A stretch of 61,618 nt of DNA, the filler included. It is 6 parts of 6 records of this genome, joined end to end, with 100 filler letters (N's around TTAATTAATTAA, not from the genome) between each part and the next. Parts side by side here need not be neighbours in the genome. Positions count along the whole stretch, not along the records: positions 1 to 5,338 come from SRR20825010_7024; positions 5,439 to 8,655 come from SRR20825010_7025; positions 8,756 to 12,440 come from SRR20825010_7027; 3 more parts are not named here. The stretch is one strand, 5' to 3'. Position 1 is the stretch's first letter. Each line of letters begins with the position of its first letter. The position numbers and the translations under genes were made by a program. This document shows, in pieces, positions 1-10,087 of this stretch. The notes beneath the pieces are model-generated. The model was not told the DNA's origin. It did not search any database and saw only the letters and a program-made list of their open reading frames with translations.

Positions 1-25
1 GATGGGGAAAGATGCGTTTCAGCAT
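1..25 (-). CDS. phaE: Mrp/Pha antiporter subunit E, 5' fragment (runs off window edge)
   Basis: ATG at 25 reads MLKRIFPH, a typical PhaE N-terminus; starts 3 nt after the phaD stop in the expected operon order. Confidence 0.6.
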
Positions 26-28
26 GGC

Positions 29-1624
29 CTAGTGCTCCTCTTCCGCGAGGGGGTCTGGTGTGTCGATCTTGTCCGGATCCAGTTCCTCGGGCTTTTCGAC
101 CGGGGCCAGCACCGCATCGATATACCCCTCTGGCTCAAACAACTGGTTCCCGGCGGCGCGCATGTAGTTAGTGGCCGGTCCGGCCAGCACCGCAAGCGCG
201 GCCAGTAGCGCCAGCAGAGCCACGGTCGGCGCGACCTCAGCCGTGGTGGCGGGCGCGGGGCGCGGTTCGGCGTCGATGGGTTCGGCACCCTCGGGCACAA
301 TAACTGCGGTCGATTTCCAAAACAGCATGCTGCCCGCGCGGGCAAAGCCCACAAGGGTGACAAGCGACCCGACCAGAATACCGCTCCACGCCCAAGGCAT
401 CAGGTGTGGATCGCGCAGGGCGTCTAGGATCAAGAGTTTGCCAAGGAAGCCAGACAGCGGTGGCATCCCGGCCATGGCAATGGCCCCACCAAAGAATAGC
501 GCGGCAAACAGCCCGTTTTGCAGCACCGGAGGCCGCACGGAGAGTGTATCCGTTCCCCGACGCGAGACCACCAGATCAGCCAGCAGGAACAGGGCGGCGG
601 CGGAAAGAGTCGAATGCACAAGGTAGTAAAGCGCGGTTTCGGTCGCGTAGGGGCTTTGCGGCGCGACGGCCAGCATCAGCGTGCCCATCGACCCGATGAC
701 GGAAAAGGACAGCAGCGGCATCAACCGTTTCGCCGCCAGCACGCCAATCGCGCCCAAGGCCACGGTGACCAAGGCTGCGGGGAACAGCCATTCCTCGACC
801 AGCCCGGCAGTAGGTGAGGATTGCGGCCCATAGGCCAGTGTGTGCAGCCGGATGATCGCATAGGCGCCGACCTTGGTCATGATCGCGAACAGCGCCGCCA
901 CGGGCGCAGGCGCGTTAGCATAGGTGCCGGGTAGCCAGAACTGTACCGGAAACAGCGCCGCCTTGATCATGAAGACGATCAGCAGCAACACAGCCGCCAC
1001 CCGCACCATTGCGCCCTCCTCGGCGGGGATCAGCGGCACCTTGACTGCCAGATCCGCCATGTTGAGCGTGCCGGTCGTCGCGTACATCGTCCCTAGGGCA
1101 AACAGGAACAGCGTCGAACCAGCAAGGTTCATCACTAGGTATTGCAGGCCTGCTTGTAGTCGCACCTTGCCGCCACTGTGGACCATCAGACCATAAGAGG
1201 CGATGAGAAGTACCTCGAAAAAGACGAACAGGTTAAACGCATCCCCGGTGAGGAACGCGCCACAGATACCCATCAATTGGAACTGATAGAGCGCATGAAA
1301 ATGCCGCCCCTTGGCGTCCCATCCGGTGGCGATGGCGTGCCAGAGCACGACCAACGCCAGCGTGGCGGTCAGCAGCACCATCATGGCGGACAGGCGGTCT
1401 AATACCAGTACAATCCCAAACGGCGCGGGCCAATCGCCAAGGCGATAAACATGTGTTCCGCCGTCCGCCGCCCAAAAGGCCAGCCCCAGCGCGATGAAAA
1501 AGAGCGCCACGGTGCCCGCTGCAGAGGCCACGCGCGCCAGCACGATGTCGTGCCGCATGACATAACCAAGCAGCGGCGCCAGCAGCGCTGGCAGCACGAC
1601 AGGGGCGATGATCCAGTGATTCAT
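29..1624 (-). CDS. phaD: Monovalent cation/H+ antiporter subunit D
   Basis: 531 aa, hydrophobic NuoN/MrpD fold (GDAFNLFVFFEV, FWLPGTYANAPAPV); overlaps the phaC stop (ATGA). Confidence 0.95.
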   Translation of the reverse strand: MNHWIIAPVVLPALLAPLLGYVMRHDIVLARVASAAGTVALFFIALGLAFWAADGGTHVYRLGDWPAPFGIVLVLDRLSAMMVLLTATLALVVLWHAIATGWDAKGRHFHALYQFQLMGICGAFLTGDAFNLFVFFEVLLIASYGLMVHSGGKVRLQAGLQYLVMNLAGSTLFLFALGTMYATTGTLNMADLAVKVPLIPAEEGAMVRVAAVLLLIVFMIKAALFPVQFWLPGTYANAPAPVAALFAIMTKVGAYAIIRLHTLAYGPQSSPTAGLVEEWLFPAALVTVALGAIGVLAAKRLMPLLSFSVIGSMGTLMLAVAPQSPYATETALYYLVHSTLSAAALFLLADLVVSRRGTDTLSVRPPVLQNGLFAALFFGGAIAMAGMPPLSGFLGKLLILDALRDPHLMPWAWSGILVGSLVTLVGFARAGSMLFWKSTAVIVPEGAEPIDAEPRPAPATTAEVAPTVALLALLAALAVLAGPATNYMRAAGNQLFEPEGYIDAVLAPVEKPEELDPDKIDTPDPLAEEEH

Positions 1625-1971
1625 ACCGCGTCGTCCTCCGTCCCGGCGTCTTTCATGTCGATGGTGTCATTCCCGGCCTCCAGATAGGCGCCCAGCGAAA
1701 ACATCACCAAGACCGCTGTCATCCCAAATGAGATCACGATGGCGGTCAGCACCAGTGCCTGTGGCAGCGGGTCTGTATAGGTGGCGTCACCATATTTCTG
1801 CAGGATTGGCGGTGCATTGATCGCCAGCCGCCCGGTCGAGAACAGAAAAACGTTAACGGCATAGGACAGCAGAGACAGCCCCAAGATCACTGGAAAGGCG
1901 CGCAGCCGCAGGATCAGGTAGACCCCGCCGGTTGTTAGAACCCCAATTGCGCTTGCGACAAGGATTTCCAT
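1621..1971 (-). CDS. phaC: Monovalent cation/H+ antiporter subunit C
   Basis: Start MEILVAS at 1971; DPLPQALVLTAIVISFG motif is diagnostic of MrpC. Confidence 0.95.
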   Translation of the reverse strand: MEILVASAIGVLTTGGVYLILRLRAFPVILGLSLLSYAVNVFLFSTGRLAINAPPILQKYGDATYTDPLPQALVLTAIVISFGMTAVLVMFSLGAYLEAGNDTIDMKDAGTEDDAV

Positions 1972-1972
1972 C

Positions 1973-4837
1973 TCAGGCCTTTCCCTTCTCGACCATCTTC
2001 GCAGGGCGCGACGGGTCATAGTCCAGCGGTTCTAGGTTGACCGTCTCACCGGCATGGCGGGCCATGCGCGACAGGCTGTACAGCATCAGCATCACCGCCC
2101 CCAACACGCAGAGGAAGACGCCCAAATCGAACAGCGCCGCAGTGGCCAGTTCGAACTCTTCAATCGGCGGGATGTGGACATAGCCATAGGCTGAGGTCAG
2201 AAACGGCGTCCCCGACAGCCATGCGCCGGCCCCGGTCAACCCGGCGATCACAACACCCCAGCCAATCATGGCGTGATATTCGAACTGTTGCCGCCGCATG
2301 GTCCAGGCAAAGCCCGACGCCATGTACTGCATCAACAGCGCAATCGAGAACACCAGCCCGGCGACAAAGCCACCGCCCGGCTGATTGTGACCGCGCAGGA
2401 AGATGTAGATGCCCACCATCAGCGCGATGGGCATCATCACGCGGGTTGAGACCACCATCATCAGCGGATGCCGGTCATGCGAGCGGTCAAAGTTGTAGCC
2501 CGAATTGCGTAGCCGTGCGCCCGCAGGGCCGCTCAGCAAGGCCTCCATCAGGGCAAAGATCACCAGACCGGCGATGCCCAGAACGATGATCTCGCCGTAT
2601 GTGTCATAGCCTCGGAAATCGACAAGGATCACGTTGACCACGTTAGTGCCGCCGCCCTCTTTGTAGGAATTGGCGAGGTGATAGAAGGAAATGCTGTCCA
2701 GATCACGGGTCATAAAGGCATAGGCCAGCGATGCCACGCCCACACCCGCCGCCAGAGCCACGGCCCCGTCCAGCAGGCGACGCGGCGTGTCTTTTTCCAC
2801 CGGGGTTGTCTTGGGCAAAAAGTGCAGCGCCAGCAACAGCAGCATGATTGTTACCGTCTCGACCGAGATTTGCGTCAGCGCAAGGTCCGGCGCGGAGAGG
2901 AACACAAAGCCCGCAGAGACCATCAGGCCGATGACGCCAAGCACCACCAGCGCGCGATAGCGCATGTGGTGTTGAAAGACGACGACACCGGTCGCGCAGA
3001 CCAGCAACACCCAGCCCACGGCAAAGACCGGCGCAATCGGCAACAACTCTCTGGTGGGGGGGGCAATGCCGCCGCCCAGATACGCCATGTATCCGGCGGT
3101 GACGGTCGCGGCGGTGAAGATTGCCAGATAGCGGCTGATCGCCCCATTGTGCAGCGTTTCCGAGATGACACGGCTAAGCGCAACGCAGCCGGCGATCACG
3201 GCATCAAAGGCGGATTTGGCGTAGAACGGTCCGGCCTTGATCCATGCGGCATCCAATGGACGGTGCAGCAGCAGCAGAACAGCACCCCCGACAATGGCAA
3301 TCCCCGACATGTACAGCGCTGGTGTGACACCATGCCAGATCTTGAGATGCGCGTGGGTGGTGTGGCCGGTGACCGCACTAGCGGCCATGTTGACCACCGG
3401 TTCTGCAAGGAAAGGCGCTATGCCGATCAGAACGACAAAAATGCAAAGGAATGCGGGCGACAACCACATACCCATCGGCGGATCATGCGGTTTGTGCGGA
3501 TAGTCGTCGCGGACCGGCCCGCCAAAGACGTGAAAGATGAACCGCAGGGAATAGGCGACAGAGAACAGCGCGCCAAAAGTGGCCAGCGCAGGCACGATCC
3601 AAGGGTTTTCCCACCAATAGGTGTGCGAGGCTTCTTCCAGCATCATCTCCTTGGAGAGGAACCCGTTGAACAAAGGGATTCCGGCCATAGACAGCGCCGC
3701 AATCACGCCGATCACAGCAGTAATGGGCATCAGAGTTGCCAACCCTCCCAGCCGCTTGATGTCGCGGGTGTGCGCCTCATGGTCGATAATCCCGGCGGTC
3801 ATGAACAGCGCCGCCTTGAACGTCAGGTGGTTGAGGATGTGGAACACCGCCGCGATGGCCGCTGCCTCTGTCCCAAAACCCAGAAGCATGGTCAAAAGAC
3901 CAAGGTGCGAGACCGTCGAAAAGGCCAACAGTCCCTTCAGGTCATCTTTGAACAGCGCGATCACGGCAGCGATCACCATGGTTACCAATCCGGTGGTTGC
4001 GACAAGATAGAACCATAGCTCGGTCCCCGACAGCGCCGGCCACATGCGGGCCATCAGGAAGACGCCCGCCTTTACCATGGTGGCCGAGTGCAGATAGGCC
4101 GACACTGGCGTTGGCGCGGCCATGGCGTGCGGCAACCAGAAATGAAACGGGAACTGCGCCGACTTGGTGAACGCGCCCAGCAGGATCAGGATCACCGCAG
4201 GCGTGTACCATTCGGATGCCTTGATCAGATCGCCCGCCGCCAGAATGTCGGTCAGGTTATAGCTGCCTGCGATATTGCCCAAGATCAGCATCCCGCCAAT
4301 CATTGCAAGACCGCCCGCGCCGGTCACGGTCAACGCCATGCGCGCACCCTGACGGCCCTCTGGCAGGTGTTTCCAGTAGCCGATCAGCAGGAAGGAGGAC
4401 AGCGAGGTAAGCTCCCAAAAGATTAGCAAAAGCAATATGTTGTCAGAGATCACGATGCCCAGCATCGCGCCCTGAAACAGCAGCAGATAGGTGTAGAACT
4501 GCCCCACCGGATCCTCACCCGACAGGTAGTAGCGGGCATAGAGCGTGATCAGCAGACCGACGCCAAGGATCATGCAGGCGAACATCAACCCCAAACCATC
4601 GAGGAAGAACGCGGCCTCCAGCCCCAGTTGGGGCAGCCACGGGATGCTGAAGGTGTAGACTGTGCCGTTCATCACGCCGGGCGCAAGAACGCCCAGCATC
4701 ACAAGGGCCAGCACGGTGGGAACGGCGGTGAAGGTGGCGGTGGCGGTCCGCCCCGCCCGGATCATGACACCGGGAACCAGCGCGCCAAGAAAGGGCAATA
4801 GCGCGATGATGGGCAGAAAACTGCTCTCAGAGGTCAT
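1973..4837 (-). CDS. phaA: Monovalent cation/H+ antiporter subunit A (fused MrpA+MrpB)
   Basis: 954 aa; TKSAQFPFHFWLPHAMAAPTPVSAYLHSATMVKAG plus C-terminal MrpB motif RGHNQPGGGF. Confidence 0.95.
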   Translation of the reverse strand: MTSESSFLPIIALLPFLGALVPGVMIRAGRTATATFTAVPTVLALVMLGVLAPGVMNGTVYTFSIPWLPQLGLEAAFFLDGLGLMFACMILGVGLLITLYARYYLSGEDPVGQFYTYLLLFQGAMLGIVISDNILLLLIFWELTSLSSFLLIGYWKHLPEGRQGARMALTVTGAGGLAMIGGMLILGNIAGSYNLTDILAAGDLIKASEWYTPAVILILLGAFTKSAQFPFHFWLPHAMAAPTPVSAYLHSATMVKAGVFLMARMWPALSGTELWFYLVATTGLVTMVIAAVIALFKDDLKGLLAFSTVSHLGLLTMLLGFGTEAAAIAAVFHILNHLTFKAALFMTAGIIDHEAHTRDIKRLGGLATLMPITAVIGVIAALSMAGIPLFNGFLSKEMMLEEASHTYWWENPWIVPALATFGALFSVAYSLRFIFHVFGGPVRDDYPHKPHDPPMGMWLSPAFLCIFVVLIGIAPFLAEPVVNMAASAVTGHTTHAHLKIWHGVTPALYMSGIAIVGGAVLLLLHRPLDAAWIKAGPFYAKSAFDAVIAGCVALSRVISETLHNGAISRYLAIFTAATVTAGYMAYLGGGIAPPTRELLPIAPVFAVGWVLLVCATGVVVFQHHMRYRALVVLGVIGLMVSAGFVFLSAPDLALTQISVETVTIMLLLLALHFLPKTTPVEKDTPRRLLDGAVALAAGVGVASLAYAFMTRDLDSISFYHLANSYKEGGGTNVVNVILVDFRGYDTYGEIIVLGIAGLVIFALMEALLSGPAGARLRNSGYNFDRSHDRHPLMMVVSTRVMMPIALMVGIYIFLRGHNQPGGGFVAGLVFSIALLMQYMASGFAWTMRRQQFEYHAMIGWGVVIAGLTGAGAWLSGTPFLTSAYGYVHIPPIEEFELATAALFDLGVFLCVLGAVMLMLYSLSRMARHAGETVNLEPLDYDPSRPAKMVEKGKA

Positions 4838-5237
4838 TCACGTCTCCGCAAGGTCAGAAAATTGAGGTTTCTTGCGAAAAGCGCGGGCAAAATGCAACGC
4901 TGTTTCCGCAAAAGGTGGGGCAATGCCGCAGGCGTAAATCAAGCGGACGCGGCTCATAGAGCCGAAGCAGAGCACCACGGATCGCGCAACCCGCACGGAC
5001 AGAAGCGGAACAGCCGCGTTGTGCCCCACGACAGGCCGGGGGTCGATATGATCCTCTGGTCCGTCAAAATTGCGGTGTTCCCCTCTTTGCGCCGAACGGG
5101 CGCGGTTTTGCGAGTATTGTGGGACTACAGGGCATCACTGCAAGGCCAAAGGCACTTTTTTTGATCGGCTTTGGCCAGCAAGCCCTCACAATGTTTTTAT
5201 TACAAAGGGGATTTGCTTGTCGCAGCCCCTCCAAGGC

Positions 5238-5338
5238 TCATTCCATTTGTGGGTCGCAACTGTTGCGCGGGTAGTAAGCGCGGTACCATTCGACGAACCG
5301 TGCAACGCCTTCGTGGACCGGCGTTGCGGGTGTGTAGC
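5238..5338 (-). CDS. NAD-dependent epimerase (UDP-glucuronate 4-epimerase-like), C-terminal fragment
   Basis: Not in the ORF track; minus strand reads YTPATPVHEGVARFVEWYRAYYPRNSCDPQME*, matching the extended-SDR epimerase C-terminus (EGVxxFVxWY). Confidence 0.75.
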
Positions 5339-5438
5339 NNNNNNNNNNNNNNNNNNNNNNNNNNNNNNNNNNNNNNNNNNNNTTAATTAATTAANNNNNN
5401 NNNNNNNNNNNNNNNNNNNNNNNNNNNNNNNNNNNNNN
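5339..5438. other. Artificial contig linker
   Basis: 100 nt of N with central TTAATTAATTAA (stops in all six frames). Confidence 0.99.
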
Positions 5439-5456
5439 GGGCGGTTCTTCGATCAT
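5439..5456 (-). CDS. 5' fragment of next gene, possibly RraA/HMG-aldolase family
   Basis: GGAGG RBS, then MIEEPP coupled (ATGA) to the upstream stop; family guess rests on 6 residues only. Confidence 0.35.
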
Positions 5457-5971
5457 GGTTGGTTGTCCTCCGGGGGGATCGGGTCGGGGTCGGGCAGCCG
5501 CCAAAGCAGACGGATATAGGCCAGTCCCGACGCGGTGGCGGTGCAGCGGCTTTTCTGGGTGCGGATCTCTTCGGCGGGGATGTCGCGCAAGATGGCCAGT
5601 TCCTCCATCCGGTCGCATTGCACCAGAGAGGACAGTAGATCGTACTTCAATTCGATCCCGGCCAGTGCGGTAATACGGTCTGGTGCGGCGTTGCTCAGGT
5701 GGTCCATGCGCGCGGCGATAGCAGCGGACCATTGAGCGCGGGCGTCCTCAAAGCAAAGGGTCGCCACCGCCGGAGTTTCTGTCGTGCCTTGCATACAGGC
5801 GGCATGAGCGCCATCGACGCAGCCGGTTGGTTTCGTGCCCAAGTCGATGGCTGTAGAAATGCAGGCGCGTACCGCATCGAGGTCCAGCGGGTCTTCGGCT
5901 TTGGCGGGTGTTGTGCAGGTCAAGACCAGCGCCAGTGACGCCGCGCCGCGTGCGGCGGGGGTCCATACCAT
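5453..5971 (-). CDS. Secreted Cys-rich hypothetical protein
   Basis: GGAGG RBS before MVWTP; signal peptide ending AKA; six Cys in the helical mature part. Confidence 0.7.
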   Translation of the reverse strand: MVWTPAARGAASLALVLTCTTPAKAEDPLDLDAVRACISTAIDLGTKPTGCVDGAHAACMQGTTETPAVATLCFEDARAQWSAAIAARMDHLSNAAPDRITALAGIELKYDLLSSLVQCDRMEELAILRDIPAEEIRTQKSRCTATASGLAYIRLLWRLPDPDPIPPEDNQP

Positions 5972-6043
5972 GATGTTTCCTCCCGGGGCAGGGCGTTCTA
6001 TGTCCTTGCCGTCTTTTGCGCTCTCGTGTGAGGTTGCTTGCAA

Positions 6044-6055
6044 TTGGTATACCAA
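6044..6055. promoter_or_regulatory. Palindromic operator, GntR/FadR type
   Basis: Perfect 12-bp palindrome TTGGTATACCAA in the AT-rich gap between divergent sugar-acid genes. Confidence 0.65.
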
Positions 6056-6121
6056 ATTGAAATGCTCGCACAAGAGTTGAGACCCGTCAGAATCGGTGGG
6101 TGCCAGAGGGGGAGAATGGTC

Positions 6122-7903
6122 ATGTCCGATACCCGCGCCAACAAGCGCTTTCGCTCACAAGAGTGGTTCGACAACCCGAATAACCCGGGGATGACCGCGC
6201 TTTACGTCGAACGGTATCAGAACAGCACGTTCACCCGCGAGGAATTGCAGGGTGAACGGCCCATCATCGGCATCGCCAACACCGGAAGTGATCTGGCCCC
6301 CTGCAACAAGATCCATGTCTTTCTGATGGACCGGATCAAGGCGGGCATCCGTGAGGCGGGTGGCGTGCCGATGGAATTTCCCGTGCATCCGATTCAGGAA
6401 ACCGGCAAGCGGCCGACCGCAGCGCTGGACCGTAACCTTGCCTATCTGTCGCTGGTCGAAGTGCTGCATGGCTATCCGATCGACGGGGTGGTGCTGACGA
6501 CGGGATGTGACAAGACTACGCCTGCCATGCTGATGGGGGCGGCCACGGTGGACCTGCCCGCCATTGCGCTGAACGGTGGTCCGATGCTGGACGGCTGGTG
6601 GCAGGGTAAACGCGCCGGGTCCGGCACCATCGTCTGGGAAAGCCGCCGCCTGCTGGCTGAGGGCAAGATCGACTACGAGGAATTCATGGCGCGGGTCTGT
6701 TCATCGGCTCCGTCTCTGGGCCATTGCAACACCATGGGCACCGCCAGCACAATGAACGCCATGGCGGAGGCGCTGGGCATGTCCCTGACCGGCAACAGCG
6801 CGATCCCCGCGCCCTTCCGAGAGCGGATGGCCATGGCCTATGAGACCGGCCAACGGATTGTCGAGATGGTTCACGAGGATCTGAAACCCTCGGATATTCT
6901 GACCCGCGAGGCGTTCGAGAACGCCATCGTGGTGAACACCGCAATCGGCGGCTCGACCAATGCGCCTCCCCATCTGCAGGCGGTGGCCCGTCATGCCGGG
7001 GTTGATCTGCACGTCAAGGACTGGGAGACGGTTGGCTTTGACGTGCCGCTGCTGGTCAACATGCAGCCAGCGGGCGAATATCTGGGCGAAAGCTTTTTCC
7101 GCGCGGGCGGGGTGCCTGCGGTCATGGGCGAATTGATGAGTGCGGGGCGTCTGCACGGTAAGGCGATGACGGCCACGGGCAACACTATGGGCGCCAACCT
7201 TGCCGGGGTCGACAGTCTGGATACGGATGTGATCCGCCGCTACGACGCGCCGATGCGCGAAAAGGCGGGGTTCAAGGTGCTGTCCGGCAATCTGTTTGAC
7301 AGCGCGTTGATGAAAACCAGTGTGATCTCACCGGATTTCCGAGCGCGTTTCCTGTCGACGCCGGGTCAGGAGGGGATCTTCGAGGCCAAAGCCGTGGTGT
7401 TTGAGGGACCGGAAGATTACCACGACCGGATCAACGATGCGTCGCTGGATATCGATGAAAAGACCATCCTGTTCATTCGTGGCGTGGGGTGCGTGGGCTA
7501 TCCCGGCTCTGCCGAGGTGGTGAACATGCAGCCGCCGGACGCGCTGATCCGCGCCGGGATCAATCACCTTCCGACTGTGGGAGACGGACGGCAATCGGGC
7601 ACGTCGGAGTCGCCGTCGATCCTGAACGCCTCCCCGGAGTCGGTGGTGGGCGGCGGACTGGCGCATCTGCAGACCGGCGACCGGGTGCGGCTGGACCTGA
7701 CTGCGGGACGTCTGGACGCCCAGGTGGACGATGACGTATGGCAGGCCCGTATTGACGCTTGGGAAGCACCGGAAATCGTTCATCAGACGCCGTGGGAAGA
7801 GATCTATCGCACGCATGTGGGGCAGTTGGCCGAGGGCGGCTGTCTGGAGCTGGCCACCGCCTATCAGCGGATTGCCAAGGATCTGCCGCGCGACAATCAC
7901 TGA
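6122..7903 (+). CDS. IlvD/Edd-family sugar-acid dehydratase (xylonate/arabinonate dehydratase-like)
   Basis: RFRSQEWFDNP..MTALY.ER, GCDKTTPA, GHCNTMGTASTMN and GDGRQSGTS motifs. Confidence 0.9.
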   Translation: MSDTRANKRFRSQEWFDNPNNPGMTALYVERYQNSTFTREELQGERPIIGIANTGSDLAPCNKIHVFLMDRIKAGIREAGGVPMEFPVHPIQETGKRPTAALDRNLAYLSLVEVLHGYPIDGVVLTTGCDKTTPAMLMGAATVDLPAIALNGGPMLDGWWQGKRAGSGTIVWESRRLLAEGKIDYEEFMARVCSSAPSLGHCNTMGTASTMNAMAEALGMSLTGNSAIPAPFRERMAMAYETGQRIVEMVHEDLKPSDILTREAFENAIVVNTAIGGSTNAPPHLQAVARHAGVDLHVKDWETVGFDVPLLVNMQPAGEYLGESFFRAGGVPAVMGELMSAGRLHGKAMTATGNTMGANLAGVDSLDTDVIRRYDAPMREKAGFKVLSGNLFDSALMKTSVISPDFRARFLSTPGQEGIFEAKAVVFEGPEDYHDRINDASLDIDEKTILFIRGVGCVGYPGSAEVVNMQPPDALIRAGINHLPTVGDGRQSGTSESPSILNASPESVVGGGLAHLQTGDRVRLDLTAGRLDAQVDDDVWQARIDAWEAPEIVHQTPWEEIYRTHVGQLAEGGCLELATAYQRIAKDLPRDNH

Positions 7904-7923
7904 GGGATGCGGGAGGTGAGGTT

Positions 7924-7982
7924 GGAGGGGGGCGCTGCCCCCCGCCTTCGGCACCCCCCGGGATATTTTCGGACAGAAGAAA
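7924..7982. repeat. Rhodobacteraceae-type intergenic REP-like element
   Basis: GGGGGGCGCTGCCCCCCG..CACCCCCCGGGATATTTTCGGACAGAAGAAA resembles a dispersed repeat I recall from roseobacter genomes; only one copy here. Confidence 0.45.
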
Positions 7983-7996
7983 ATCAAGGAGGGCAG

Positions 7997-8655
7997 ATGT
8001 CCAAAACGATAATCATTACCGGGGGCGCGCGCGGGATCGGCAAGGCTTGTGCGGAGGTTTTTCTGGATGCGGGTTGGCGCGTCGGGATTGTGGGCCGGAC
8101 AGCGGACACTGTGCAGGATATGGCCGACCGTCATGAGAACGCGCTCGCGCTGCCCTGTGATGTTGTAGATGAGGCGGGGGTGGATGCCGCCTTTGACAAG
8201 GCTGTGGCCGAGTGGGGGCGAATCGATGCGCTGTTCAATAATGCCGGTGTATCGGTATTGGGGGGAACGATTGACGAGACCTCTGTCGCGGATTTCCGGC
8301 GGGCGATCGACATCAACTTGACCGGCTCTTTCATTTGCGCACGGGCGGCGTTTGCCCGGATGCGGGCGCAGGACCCACAGGGGGGCCGGATCATCAACAA
8401 TGGGTCGGTGTCGGCCCATGTACCGCGCTGGGGGTCGACCCCTTATACGTCGTCGAAACACGCGATCACCGGGTTGACGCGGTCGATTTCTCTGGACGGG
8501 CGGCCTTATGGGATTGCTTGCGGACAGATCGACATCGGTAACACGCTGACCGACATGGCCGAAAGGATGACCAAGGGTGTGCCGCAGGCGGATGGCTCCA
8601 TCGCGGTGGAGCCGGTGATGGATGTGTCGAATGTCGCGTCCAGCGTGTTGCACAT
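7997..8655 (+). CDS. Short-chain dehydrogenase/reductase (3' truncated)
   Basis: TGGARGIG, NNAG and YTSSKHA motifs; AGGAGG RBS. Confidence 0.92.
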
Positions 8656-8755
8656 NNNNNNNNNNNNNNNNNNNNNNNNNNNNNNNNNNNNNNNNNNNNT
8701 TAATTAATTAANNNNNNNNNNNNNNNNNNNNNNNNNNNNNNNNNNNNNNNNNNNN
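8656..8755. other. Artificial contig linker
   Basis: Same N/TTAATTAATTAA/N block. Confidence 0.99.
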
Positions 8756-9237
8756 TTGTGCCGGAACCCGAACCCGAGCCACAACCCGAACCTGAGCCGA
8801 CACCGCAACCCGAAGTAACAGAGCCTGAGCCCCAGGTTGATGCGACTGAAAGCGACACGAGCACGGAGCAAGTGTCCGAAAACACTGCTGAAACTGCTGA
8901 AGAAGAAAGCCTCAGCCAGCAGGTTGAACTCACTGCCGGACAGTCCTCCGATGTGGACCGCTACCTCACGGAACTGAGCCGGCATCTGGGGCGCTACTAC
9001 GAATACCCACGTCGTGCCCGTCGTCTTGGCCAGGAAGGCGCTCCGGTGGTGGTTTTCGAGTTCAGCCGTGATGGCACTCTGGTAGACCACTCTTTGCACG
9101 CCTCCTCAAGCCATGCATTGCTCGATGATGCTGCGCTGGACATGCTCAAGGACGCCGAACCACTGCCGGAAGTACCCGACTCCATGAAAGGCCAGACCTT
9201 CACCTATACCCTGCCGATTAATTTCAACCTACGTTGA
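8756..9237 (+). CDS. tonB: Energy transducer TonB, C-terminal part (5' truncated)
   Basis: (EP)n linker then YPRRARRLGQEG...SS.HALLDDAAL TonB_C domain. Confidence 0.88.
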
Positions 9238-9366
9238 GCAATGTTGAGCAATTTTTCGCTCGACCAGCAAGATCTCGCCCTAAAGCCAGCAACTGATTGC
9301 CTGGCCCAGCCGTAGACTATCAACCTGGAAACCGTTACTTATTGTTATTAAAGACATTTATGTTTC

Positions 9367-9382
9367 TGGCACGGCCTTTGTT
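9367..9382 (+). promoter_or_regulatory. sigma54 (-24/-12) promoter of hcp
   Basis: TGGCACGGCCTTTGTT versus consensus TGGCAC-N5-TTGC, with one mismatch at -12; about 65 nt before the ATG. Confidence 0.65.
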
Positions 9383-9445
9383 ATGTGTTAAGTGTCCAGG
9401 GAGATCCCGAGGACACTTACTCATTCACACGTCATGGAGCAGACT

Positions 9446-9964
9446 ATGCCAACTCCTTGTTATATCAGCATCGAAGGCCAAACTCAGGGCAACATCACCG
9501 CCGGCGCATTCACCTCCGACTCCGTAGGCAACATCTACGTTGAAGGTCACGAAGACGAAGTGCTGGTTCAGGAATTTAGCCACGTTGTCACCGTTCCGAC
9601 CGATCCCCAGTCCGGTCAGCCTTCCGGTCAGCGCGTTCACAAGCCGTTCAAGTTCACCTCTGCGCTGAACAAAGCAACCCCGCTTATGTACAACGCCCTG
9701 GCTTCTGGCGAAATGCTGCCGAAGGTTGAGCTGAAGTGGTACCGCACCTCTGTTGAAGGCAAGCAGGAGCACTTCTTCTCCACCATCCTGGAAGATGCCA
9801 CCATCATCGACATCCAGTGCAACATGCCGCACTGCCAGGATGCCGCCAGCGCTGACTTCACCCAGCTGGTAACCGCGTCTCTGTCCTACCGCAAGGTAAC
9901 CTGGGAGCACGCTGTTGCCGGTACTTCCGGTGCGGACGACTGGCGTTCGCCGATCGAAGGCTAA
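9446..9964 (+). CDS. hcp: Type VI secretion tube protein Hcp/TssD
   Basis: MPTPCYISIEGQTQGNITAGAFT.DSVGN...GQPSGQRVHKPF...DDWR, characteristic of Vibrio/Aeromonas-type Hcp. Confidence 0.97.
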   Translation: MPTPCYISIEGQTQGNITAGAFTSDSVGNIYVEGHEDEVLVQEFSHVVTVPTDPQSGQPSGQRVHKPFKFTSALNKATPLMYNALASGEMLPKVELKWYRTSVEGKQEHFFSTILEDATIIDIQCNMPHCQDAASADFTQLVTASLSYRKVTWEHAVAGTSGADDWRSPIEG

Positions 9965-9983
9965 GCCTCCGGTCCACGAAGTC

Positions 9984-10018
9984 ACAACGGCCAGCCTTTG
10001 CTGGCCGTTGTTGTTTTT
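9984..10018 (+). terminator. Rho-independent terminator after hcp
   Basis: ACAACGGCCAGC-CTTT-GCTGGCCGTTGT hairpin followed by a T-tract. Confidence 0.85.
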
Positions 10019-10087
10019 ACGGCAAGACCAACACCCGGTATCATCAGGGCATGAGTGTTTCCCGCCACCTCCACATGCGCCTGATCG

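Noticed and set aside
2678-4018. 446-aa plus-strand ORF
   Set aside because: Antisense shadow of phaA with no recognisable motifs; common in high-GC DNA.
5339-5438. TTAATTAATTAA palindrome repeated five times as a biological repeat or CRISPR
   Set aside because: Always embedded in identical N-blocks that truncate genes; an assembly linker.
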